A stretch of 64,000 nucleotides of DNA from Octopus sinensis (lineage: Eukaryota): contig NC_043006.1 in NCBI RefSeq assembly GCF_006345805.1, positions 54,932,001 to 54,996,000 on the forward strand, in the 5' to 3' direction. This document shows positions 40,201 through 51,496 of this stretch, in pieces. The position numbers were made by a program, and so were the translations under genes. The notes under the pieces were generated by a model, which worked only from the letters and a program-made list of their open reading frames with translations, had not been told where the DNA came from and ran no database searches. Numbering within the stretch: position 1 is the stretch's first letter; every line of letters begins with the position of its first letter.

Positions 40201-42331
40201 GCTGATCTAAAATGAGAGTAATGTCTTGATAATTTCAATTTTAGTATATTTCGTTTAAAACTGTTGCTATGAAAACCATCTTTGCTCAAAAGCCACTGCT
40301 CACTTTGTACAGCTTTCAGTAACAGCTTGCAACTCTGCCTTTACTTCCTGTCTCAACTTTAAATTTAGATTTACTTCATGACCAAGTAATCTAGGGATTG
40401 TAATTTTAAAAAAAACAAATGAAATATTTCACTACTTCCTGACTATTCATTTCCTGGTAATTGTAATTTTGCCAATTTTTTTTTCACTTCCCTTAAAATT
40501 TAGTAAAGGAGAACATATTGGAGATTGCTGTCCTTGTCCCCACCCCTGTGTGTGTGTAAAAAGAGAGAGAAAAGAAAAAAACTTTTCATTTTCTGATAAG
40601 TCATATCACTAAATTTTCTTTACTTCTCTTAAAAGTGAGTGGACAATCTTGTCCTAGTCCTTTCTTTCTCTCTTTCTCTCATATGTGTGAGAGAAAAGGA
40701 AAAAATAAATAAATAAATAAAAGAAACATTTATATACAGAGAGTGAGGACATTTTTCAGTTTAAATAATTTATATTGATTTGATAGAATTGATAATATGT
40801 AACATTAACCAAGGTGGTGAGCTGGCAGAATTGTTAGCACACCAAGCAAAATAGCAGCATTTCATCCATCTTTAAGTTCTGAGTTCAATTCTGCTGAAGT
40901 CAACTCTGCCTTTCATCCTTTTGGGATTGATAAAATAAGTACCAGTTGAACACAAGGGTCGATTTAACTGACTTATTCCCCCACCCACCACCCACCAAAA
41001 TTGCTGGCCTTGTGCCAAAATTTGAAACCAATATATAACATCAACTGAATGTAAGATTCATACAATTAAGTCAGATCATAAATAAATATGGAGAAAGCAA
41101 AAGATTGAATGAGCATGAATGAATGAACAAGTGGATAAATCAGAACAAATGAATAAGTGACGGAGATAACAATGAGTGAATGAAATAATGAGACAAAAGG
41201 AGAAAAAAATATTAAGTCATTGAGCAAATGCCTTTTCCTCATTGCATAATTATTTCTAATTAGGTATTTAATGCCCCGAACTTAAACTATTGTTTTTCAT
41301 ACAGATGGTATCTTTGAATTATATTAATAAACATGCGGTACACACACACACACACACCACACACACACACACGCTTATCTGAATGTGTTGGGTAAATGAC
41401 TACAACCAAAACATCTTTAGAAATAATACATTCAATTCAATGGCGATAGCAGTATGTGAGAAAGGAAAGTAAAGACAACACAAGGAAAATGAAGCATCAG
41501 ATGTGTTTGTATCTCTTGAGGTTTGACAATGCTTTCACAGCCACCAGATATCTAACATATCAAATTCTCTCTAATTACTACTCACTGCGAACTTTCCAGT
41601 TAAAGTATACCCATCATACAATAGCTTCATCTCTATTGTCTTGAATTATCAGGAAGTGTGAATTAAATAAAAAAAAAAAAAAAAAAAGAGGGCGAAGCAG
41701 TTTTCGAGTCTAAATAAAGATGGGAAGACCACAACAGGAACATCTCAAAACACACACTCATGCCTAGTTTAACACCACTGCTAGGTCCTTGGGTGCATTC
41801 ATTTATCACACTTCACTCTGCAACAAGCATTTTGTTCCCTCTCTACCACAATTTTTTATGCAGATATTGACTTGGTTTCAATTTTACCAGACTGGAAGAG
41901 CCTGCAAAAGCTCAAGGACAACTCACCTATCCTAAATTCACATACACTGCAAACAGTTGATATAATATATATCATCTTATACTTATTTCAATCACTGGAC
42001 TGCAGCCATGCTGGGGCATTTGCCTCTAGTACTTATTTTCTAAGACTGGTATTTAGCCTACATGTCTCATGTGCCAAACCAATAAGTTATGGGGATGTAA
42101 AAAAAACTAACACCAGTTGTCAAGTGGTGGGTGAAACAAACACATACACACAATATATGTGTATACACACACAAACGAAAGACTTTCACACAGTTTCTAT
42201 CAACCAAATACACTCTCAAGGCATTGGTCACTTCAGTGCTACAATTGGAGACATGCCCAAGGTGTCACATAATGGGACTGAATCTGAAATCATGATTGCA
42301 AAGCAAGATTCTTAACCACAGCCATATACAT

Positions 42332-42373
<42 letters not shown>

Positions 42374-42435
42374 GGTGGTGCTCAAGCAAGATCGCAGTCC
42401 AATGACTGAAACAAATAAGAGAATAAAAGAACATG

Positions 42436-42494
<59 letters not shown>

Positions 42495-42725
42495 CATGTA
42501 CACACACACACACGTAAGCTGAATATGAAAATTGAAGAGTGGAAGAGCAAAATTATAAAAATTATAAACTGATGATTCCTGGTTAGATCAAGAAGATAGA
42601 CAGAACAAGGTAGCTAAAGTCTCATATAAAAAAGATAAAGAAAAGAATTCTCAAAATACTGCTTGAATTTTATAAATAATCACTCTATACCAGAGAAATA
42701 AAGTACATAAAGAATGATAGTTTAA

Positions 42726-42948
42726 CATTTTTGCATTCAAACCAGTCATGTCTGATCTAAATATTCCACTTGTTTTATGGTCAAACCAGCCCAGATCTGG
42801 CCTCTTATACCAATCCTATAATGTCATTCTAAAAATAAACAATCACATCATTGAAATCTTAAAGCTACGAGATAATGCATGATTAATTCAAAAGAATGTG
42901 ATTAAATAAGCTTTACATTTGACAAAATATTCAGAATGCTACAAAGGG
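42726..42948. mobile_element. piggyBac-type MITE (internal sequence differs from the 32.4 kb copy)
   Basis: TTAA|catttttgcattc ... gaatgctacaaaggg|TTAA. Confidence 0.7.
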
Positions 42949-43596
42949 TTAAATGTTCTGTAAAATAATCTTTACTTTTTCACCTGTTTTGACCCATGAG
43001 AGAAATGCCATAACTACCATAACTCAAACCACATGTCATTCCTCTTAGGACTTTTACATCTGTTGATCCATTCTCAGATAGACAAGAAATGCAAAGTAAA
43101 CCATGAAAATGTGACCAACTCCAGTGGATTTTATTTTGCATTTTAAATCTGAAATACCATTTTCTTTTATCCTTCAGCCAGGAGGCAGAGCAATGCTCAA
43201 GACCTTTTCACAGGAAACCAAGACAAGTGGGAGAAATGAAGGAAGGTACTTTCAAACAAGAGGCCTGATTTCAATGCATACAATAGAGTAGGCTCCACTA
43301 AAAGTACCCAAGATGCCAGGTGGAGATGTTAAACTAGGTGATGGATTAAATCTACCACCAAATTAGACAACAGTGAGATTTGAACTCAGAAAGTAAAAAG
43401 CTGGAACAAATACCATAAAGGTAACCAGTCCGATGTTCTTGCTGTTCAGCTAATTTACTACTCTGAATTTGTACTTTTTTTATTGACCCCAAAAGGAAGA
43501 AAAGCAAAGTTGACCTTAGTAAGATTTGAACTCAGCAAAGTACTGTAGCCAATGCTCTAACAATATTGCCAATTCACAGAATACATGGTTGCAATT

Positions 43597-43629
<33 letters not shown>

Positions 43630-44550
43630 ACGTAGAATTCATTTGTATGATTAATGTCAGTTTCGTTATTTAGACGATTAACTGAGTCCTTTCCAAGACA
43701 GTTATAGTCATCCTAGCAACAATCTTATCAAGAATAAAACATTTTAACTGACAGTTTAATTTAGACTCAGAAGATTCCTGCCTTTATTAATCTGCCAGTA
43801 GTGTCTACCTCAGTTGATTGCCAAGTAATATTGTATATTATAAGAAAATGACGCATGTATAAGAGGAATTTTGGACAGAGCCAAGTTGCCTTTCAATAAT
43901 AAGTTGATACTTTAGCTTTCTTTAGAAACTAAGATTTTTGTTTTTTATAAAATCTGTACCTAATTTTTTGTTCTTTCCCTGTTTAACACGTATCTCCATG
44001 GTACACTGAGTTGGATGGGCTTTCATATTCAGTTGTTTTCACAACTTGTTAGGGACTTATCCTTTACAACTGTTCATAAGCAGGATTCAAACCAGTGTTG
44101 TAGCAGACTTAATACTGATGGTAAGACTTTCTCTTAGCATTACCTATTCAGTTATCAAATGGAAATGGCTTCGATTCTTCAGTTGCACTGTCTGCTACAT
44201 TTTCAGTAACATACCAGGCCTAAAAATATCTCTGCAGTTGTGAGCTGAGAAACAGCAGTCATCATCAAATACCCACCTTCATATCAAAGGAAATAATTTT
44301 AAAGATTAACAATAGAAAAACACCAATTAAATCTGAAGTACCTTACATTATTTACAGAAGGTTTCAACACTGTCATGCTAAGTGGGATATAACTTAACTT
44401 TTTGAAGACAAAGCATAGAGGTTAATGCTTCTCAAGTGGGCAGTAGCATCCATGGGATGCAATGGAAAATTTCATATGAGCACTGGGGACAAAGGGAGTA
44501 GCAAGAAGCTGATAGTTGTATATGTACAACATTTTTTTAGTTATGGATAT

Positions 44551-44972
44551 AGATGTAAGCATGGCTGTATGGTTAAGAAGCTTGTTTCCCAACCATATTG
44601 TCTTGGGTTTGGTCCCACAGCAAGGCACCTTGGGCAAGTGTTTTCTTCTATAGCCTGTGAATGGATTTGATAGATGGAAACTGAAAGAAGCCCATCATAT
44701 ATATATATGTACATGTGAGTGTGTGTGTGTATATATATATGTTTGTGTGCAACCTTGTCTTGACATTACATGATGGTTGTAAATGAGCATCATCAGTGTA
44801 TAAACTAGAGTATTCCTTTCCAGTCGTCTATGGAAAACATGTCTAGTTACAGGAAAATATTGCTTGTCTTGGAAACAGGTAGGAGTTGGTGACAGGAAGG
44901 ACATCTGGCCATAGAAAATATGCTTCAAAAAATTCCATCTGACCCATGCAAGCATAGAAAAGTGGATGTTTA
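44551..44972 (+). mobile_element. Long copy of the major SINE family (head, microsatellite linker, tail)
   Basis: Same head as 63871, (TA/TG)n middle, tail ...catctggccatagaaaat...gacccatgcaagcatagaaaagtggatgtttaa; near-tandem copy at 45377-45745. Confidence 0.8.
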
Positions 44973-45074
44973 AGGACTTCAAAATATGTGACTATTTCTA
45001 TACATGCAATAAAAACAGCTCTTACACCTGCAGTGTTAGGTAACATCCTAATGTATTTGTGCATATATGCATAT

Positions 45075-45330
45075 GTTTGTTCCTTCTCGAGCCATGCCAG
45101 GCTCATAAGGGCCGGTTTCCCGGTTTCCTTGGTGTATAGGTTCCCCACCTGGACGGGATGCCGGTCCATCACAGGTGAGCTGCAAGAGGAAAGAGTGAGA
45201 GAAATTTGTGGCGAAAGAGTCAGCAGAGGTTCGCCATCACCTTCTGCCGGAGCTGCATGGAGCTTGGGTGTTTCACTCATAAACACACACATCGCCCGGT
45301 CTGAGATTTGAACTTGCGATCTCTCGACCC
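45075..45330 (-). mobile_element. 5'-truncated SINE with the 33726 head/core but a different tail
   Basis: Reverse strand shares agaccgggcg..tgtgtttat..aaacacc.aagctcca.g.gctccggcag..ctctgctg.actcttt..ccacaa.tttctctcactctt, then diverges to cacctgtgatggaccggcatcccgtccagg... Confidence 0.8.
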
Positions 45331-46298
45331 ACATGTATATACACTATAAGGATGGTGTTTAAAATTTTGTAAAAACAGGCACAGGTGCAGCTGTAAGTTA
45401 GGAAGTTTGCTATATGGTTTCAGGTTCAGTCCCACTGCATAGCACCTTGGGCAGGTGTCTTCTACTATAGCTCCAGGTCAACCAAAGCCTTGTGAGTAAA
45501 TTTGATAGACAGTAACTGAAAAATAGCATGCCATGTGTGTGTGTGTAACTGTCATCTTTACTTGGGATCATCAAGCAATGTCCTTTGTTTCCAATCTTCT
45601 GAGACGTATGGTCATGGGGAAATATTACCTCCTTTGGAAACAGGTGACAGTTGGTGACATAGAGGGTATTTGGCTATAGAAAAATCTGCTTCACCAAAAG
45701 TCCATCTGACACAAGCAAGCATGGAAAAATAGACATTAAGACAGGAATGATAATGTACTCGAATTTTAATAAGCAAAGTAACACATTTGTGATGAGATTA
45801 GCATTTTACTTTCTAAAACAAAAATCACTAGCTGAGGGATTGGCTCATATGACTTAATTGCATATCATCTTCATAGCAGTTAACAGAGATATCTATAATC
45901 AAAGCAGATGTCAAAGATCATATTATATAACTGGAATGCCTAATAAACCAACGCTTCAGCTTTTCATGCTTCTCATGACAATCTGTTGCCAAAACAGCTC
46001 CTTCACCTGACATCATTAAACAGTTTCTCATTTTTCATGTCAGAAAATTTTCCAGTAATAATACATTAACTGAAGCTGTTTAAAAAGAATCAAATACCAT
46101 CCACTGCATTATAGAGGAAATTAGCTTTATACAAGTTAACTACTGAACCTCTATGTCACTTGACCTGTCAAAATTAGCAGCCAAATCTGCCACAAATCAC
46201 ACTCTGTTTTTGTTTTGTTTCTTTTTAAAAAAAAGTGATGTGAAATATAAAGAGGTGAACAATGGCTTGAATGTGTTTGATGGCAGGGTTTTACCTGG

Positions 46299-46714
46299 AG
46301 ATACATAATAGCAAAAATTTGGTTTACTTTTTAAAAGAAGAAAATAAGGAATTGTGGTCATACACATATATACAATCACACACCACTCCTGCTGCTTACC
46401 CCACCCACTCTATTTCCCCTAACTTATGGCTCCTTGCTCACCCACCTTCAACCCAACCCATTCTGGCAGTTTGTCTCCCCACCCTGTCATTCTCCTTTCC
46501 AAACAAGCTTGCAAACTGTTTCATCAACTTGCCTTGCAGAGCCACCTAGATACTTCATTACCATTATGGAGCCATAAGGTAGGGGAAATAAGAGTGGTGC
46601 TGAAGAGAGTGGCTGGGGCAAGCAGCAGAAGTGGTATGTAGTTGCATGAGTGTGACCACAATTCCTTATTTTCTTCTTTTAAAAAGTAAACCAAATTTTT
46701 GCTGTTATGTATCT
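46299..46714. repeat. Fold-back element: arms 46299-46433 and 46568-46714, spacer about 134 bp
   Basis: Arms are reverse complements; ORF track shows IHNSKNLVYFLKEENKELWS on both strands. Confidence 0.9.
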
Positions 46715-47057
46715 TGCAGCTCCTGTTGCTTAATTTCTCTTTCTCTCCCCATTGCCCTATTAGATGTGAATAGCCATGTGGATCCTCTACAAGAACATGT
46801 GCTGTCCCCACCCACTTCTCATAGTTCAATGCCCTCATCCACCTGCATGAAGCTGAATGACAACCTCAATAGTGCAGGTGGCATAAAAAAAAAAAAGGAT
46901 CTGTCTATGTTGTAAAGTGGTTGGCATTAGGAAGGGTATTCAGTCATAGAAACTATGCCAGAAGAGATAAATCATGAAGCAATTCTTGGATATGTAGGAT
47001 CTTGTCAAACCATCCAACCCATGCCAGCACATACAGCATGGATATTAAATGATGAAG

Positions 47058-47105
<48 letters not shown>

Positions 47106-47634
47106 GCATTTGTAGGAAGGGCATTGGCATTAGGAAAGACATCCAGCTGTAGAAACTATGCCAAATCAGACTGGAGTCTGGTGCAGTCCCTCAGCTTACC
47201 AGCCCTGGTCAAACTGTCCAAATCATGGACAACAGAAATTAAATGATGATGTATACATGCACATCATTATCATCATTTATGTTTGTTTTTCAAGTTGGCA
47301 TGGGTTGGATGGTCCAAAAGGATTTGACAAGGCAGAAGACTTCCTTGAACTCAAATGCCAGCTTTGGTGCAATTTCTAGTGCACACAAGTAGCTATTTTC
47401 TTGGTAACAAAAGATCTTTCTCCTAGAGAGACAGGCAGACTGTATTATGTTTGTGTACAAACAGTAATACTTACATGGTTGTGAGATGTGAACCTTGGAT
47501 GTTGAAGACATGTGAAAACTAGAAAGGAACAAAGCAAGTATGCTCAGTTGAATGTCATGGAAAGTGGTTGGCATTAGAAAAGGGCATCCAGCCAAAGAAA
47601 CCATGCAGAAGCTGCCAGTGGACTCAACATAGTC

Positions 47635-47945
47635 CTGAAATTTCTCCATCCTACTCTTATTCTAGTAACTATTCTTTCAGAACATCTTCCTCCACTGCTA
47701 AATAAGTTACCCAGGTAACAATAACTACTACTTCAAGGGCATCTCTTAGGCATTTTCGAGATAGTCTATTTCCCATGTGTCCTTAGTGTCTATTGCTTCT
47801 GTGCAATTTGCACATACTAAGATAACTCTCTCTGTGAACCTCCCTGTGATTCCACTGCACCTTGTGTGTTAATAGCTTGTACTGGATACACTGCATTGAT
47901 TTCCTGCCTACACTTTCCCTACACATCGACCTGGGTCAGTTACCT
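47635..47945 (-). mobile_element. RTE LINE fragment with PHD-like Cys/His cluster
   Basis: With frameshifts: SMCRESVGRKSMQCIQYKLLTHK-CSGITGRFTERVILVCANCTEAID ... CYLGNLFSSGGRCSERIVTRIRVGWRNFR. Confidence 0.7.
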
Positions 47946-48616
47946 AATGTGAGAAGAGTCCTGTCATGTTTTCCAACTTATCAGAACTCTGGTCTTTGAC
48001 AAGTTATCTTTAATTAAAGATAACTTGTTAAAGAACAAAGTTATCATCAAGTCTTAATTTCTTCCATTATGGTTTGAATGACTATGATAAATAGGAGGGG
48101 ACTGAGAACTGAATCTTGATGAACTCCTGCTTGTATGTTAAATTTTTCACTGTACTCTTGGCTACATTGAGAAATACCATGTTAAGATATGGACTCAACT
48201 TACTGACAGTATGGTTCTTAAGCCATTTGTCTACTCCTTACCTTCCAGAAATGCATTTTCAAGGGTGTGGTTTACTATTGTGGGATCTTTTAAAATTTCT
48301 TGCAACCACTTGAATTATTTCAAATTTTCACTAGGTTATTTTCAAAAAATGTATCACTGATACAGTTTTGCATACTGATGATGAAAATTACATTCATTTT
48401 CCCAAGAAATTAATAATAAAACAGTTACAAGTATTTAAGCCAATCGAAGCCTTCCTTCCAAATATACTATAAGTCGTGACTCCCCCTGCGAACAGTACAC
48501 GCAAAACCTTTACATAGTCTCTCGACCCACTAGAAATAGCAGCCAAATCTTCCTTAAACTACATCTAAATTAAAGTCTATCTCCACGGATGTAACCTATT
48601 ATCGAACCTACAATCC

Positions 48617-48863
48617 TTAAAACACTTACTGGGCCCCACAGATCAATATTATATGCACTTCAATTTTTCTTATGATAAAATTGTAAACAAAGTTTAAAAG
48701 GAAAAAAGGTGGTGAAAGAATTGGTTACTAACATAGTTATTGTATGAAGTGTAGTGTTGGTTTCAATAATGATGGTATTTTTTCTCCACTACAATACCTT
48801 GTAAAGTAATTTTACCATATGAGAAAGTACATTTAATATCGATCAGGGGTCCAGTGTTTTAAG
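48617..48863. repeat. Small MITE-like element with short imperfect TIRs
   Basis: cttaaaacacttactgggccccacagatc vs gatcaggggtccagtgttttaag. Confidence 0.5.
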
Positions 48864-49281
48864 AATCATGAGTCCCATAAAATGTTACATTTGAGATAAC
48901 TGACTTAAGGGATATTAACACTCAACAAGTGTAAATTGCTTAGGCCTGCTATCCCTGGTAGCTCTAGGGACAAACGGTCAATCAGCAATTGAGGGTTTGA
49001 CTGGCCCAAATTATAAACCTGCAACTGCTTGTAACTTTGTACATCAACAATAACACAAAAAAAAAAATAATAATAAAGCAATTTCCTTCATCAGCATACG
49101 AAACTATATCAAAACTATGTTTTGAGAATAATCTGGTTGGAACAAATTTGACAAGAATCCACATTATGATGTTGATAAAATTTAGTTTCTGACCGTTCTC
49201 CACCCACAGTACCCTTTTTTAAACCACCAAATCCTGTAACTTTAGAAGTTTTAATTTTTTTGTTTCAGAATTATGTTTATA

Positions 49282-50491
49282 TCAGGTCATCCCATAAGTT
49301 CTGTCTAAATTTTGAATAAAGAAAACAATTGATCAAATGTTATATTTAATTGAAATTTAATCATCAATATACTTTCCTTGATTATCTATGATTTCCTCCC
49401 ATCTATTTACAAGCTTTTTAATCCCATCAATGTCAAATTCTTTTGGTTTCAAAGCGAAGAACTCTGAAATGTCAGTTTTGACCTCCTCCTGGCTTGCGAA
49501 AGTTATGTCCCCCGATTGATTCTGTAAGCTATGAAACAAATGGTAGTCTGAAGGAGCAAGGTCAGGAGAATAAGGAGGATGAGGAATTTTTTCCCAACCA
49601 AGCTCTTCGATCTTCTGTGATGTGATCTTTGCAGTGTGGGGTCGCGCATTGTCCTGATGAAACATCACTCCTTTTCGAGTCACTAAAGCTGACTTGAGCA
49701 TTGATTGTTGCATTAGGTGGTAACAATTCAAAATGAATTACTCCATTGCAATCCCACTAGACAGAGAGAAGAACCTTTTTCCCATGAAGTTCCTTTCTCA
49801 GTTGTGGTCGAGTATTTCCCCTTTTACTAAGTCACTGTTTACGACACTTAACATTTCAATAGAAGATGCATTTTTTTGTCACGGAGTTCACAAGAATGGA
49901 GAGAAGAGCAGATGTCAGCTAGGGATTTACAGTTGCTTTCGGACAATTCACGAGGCACCCATTTTCTAAGTTTAGGAACCTTTCCAAGTTGTTGAAGATG
50001 ATGATGAACAGTTGTATGGTTTGAACTAAGCTTTATTGCCAATTCTTCAACTGATAATGCAGGATTTTCTTCAAGTAATGCCTGAAGGAGCTTATCATCA
50101 AACTCAACTGGACGTCCTGTTCGATCTTCATCTTCAAGGCTGGACTCTCCACTTCTGAATTTTGCAAACCATCTTCTGCAAGTTCTTTCATTCAAGCATT
50201 CTTTCCCATAAACTGAGTGTATGTTTCGAGTCGCTTCAGCTGCAGAGTTTCCTTCTTTTGTACTCATAAAGCATTATGTGCCTCAAATGATCTTTGGATA
50301 CTTCCATGTTAGAAAGGGTTTTAATCAAAGAAATTTAAATTCTATTATTCTGTAAAATGATACTTAATTAGTTTAAATGTACACAAATGCATAATAACAA
50401 TTTTTAATTCCATTAGACATTCTAAAATACTATTAAATTTCATTCAATTTTAAAAAAGGTAAAATCGGACAGAACTTATGGGATGACCTGA
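49282..50491 (-). mobile_element. Mariner (DD34D) DNA transposon, near full length, inactive
   Basis: TIRs tcaggtcatcccataagttctgtc / gacagaacttatgggatgacctga, TA on both flanks. Transposase from ATG 50307 (MEVSKDHLRHIMLYEY) with WVPREL, HQDNARPH, YSPDLAPSDYHLF (34 residues between the last two Asp) ending KYIDD* at 49357. Frameshifts, stops and two short internal deletions. Confidence 0.95.
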
Positions 50492-50704
50492 TATTTGAAA
50501 CATCACATTTCATAATCTACAACTATCAAAAACATATTCCTAGCGAAATTTCCTTGAAGTGTATGCATTTTTCAGAAAGCTATGGGGAAACAAATTCGGG
50601 GAGGGGTGTACCAATCTACAGTTATGCCTCTTCCACATCTCATTCATGTGTGTGTGTTTAAGAAAATGAGATGAAGGAATAAACGATTATCTTATGAACT
50701 TCAT

Positions 50705-50832
50705 TAGCTTACAGTTGTTTCTGCTATAAGATGTAGTGAACTCATAGTTGAATGCCTGAGTAGCACCTTGAAGCTATAAGTTGTTACTCAGCAATGAGTC
50801 TACTGCATCTTATAGCAGAAACAACTAAGCTA
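50705..50832. repeat. 128-bp hairpin mini-MITE
   Basis: tagcttacagttgtttctgctataagatgtagt... / ...actgcatcttatagcagaaacaactaagcta. Confidence 0.75.
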
Positions 50833-51464
50833 GTGGTCATCTTTCACGGTGTCCCTGTTTCTAGTGCTATCTTTCTATTTGAGAAACCATAAACTACAAT
50901 TTAATCATTCCCAGACTGGATATCCATAACTGTTTCCGAAGCTTATCTTTCATTTAATAAGTAGATAATCGTTTATTCCTTTGCCATCACATTTTCCCAT
51001 TACCGCTCTGTACTCGACTAACGCTTCGTTCTGAAGCATATGTATATTGAGTCCTACACCAGATTATAAGTCCCGTAATGCCTAAGCGAAATTATATATA
51101 TATGCATGTATGATCGTGTTTCCACCCACTTTTTCCATGCTGATATAGGTTGGACGACTATTCGTGAGACAGTATTCTACGGTTGAGTTGCCCTTCCTGA
51201 CGTCAACGCACAAGGAACGTGGTTTTCAAATATGTACAACGAACCGTTGGTAATGCATATATTTCTCAAAGATATCACCCGAGAAAAAAAAAAAGAGAAA
51301 AAGAAGAAAAGAAAAGCAAGAAATTTCGTGCTGCCAGTACAGTTAAAAGGAAACTCCAAGCGATTTATTAAGTTACAAGGTTCCAATGGGAAATTTTGAT
51401 CTATAAACAGGGGTTTAGGTTTAGCAAATAATACATATGGGTGGCGAATCTATCATTCGAAACC

Positions 51465-51496
<32 letters not shown>

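Noticed and set aside
41872-42572. 147-aa ORF and YI-repeat ORFs
   Set aside because: SINE plus (TA)n translation.
44843-45334. 163-aa and overlapping 107-aa ORFs
   Set aside because: Read through two adjacent SINEs; no protein motif or splice context.
49357-50307. Domesticated SETMAR-like gene
   Set aside because: Both TIRs and TA TSD present, ORF broken by frameshifts and deletions, no SET domain or splice fusion.
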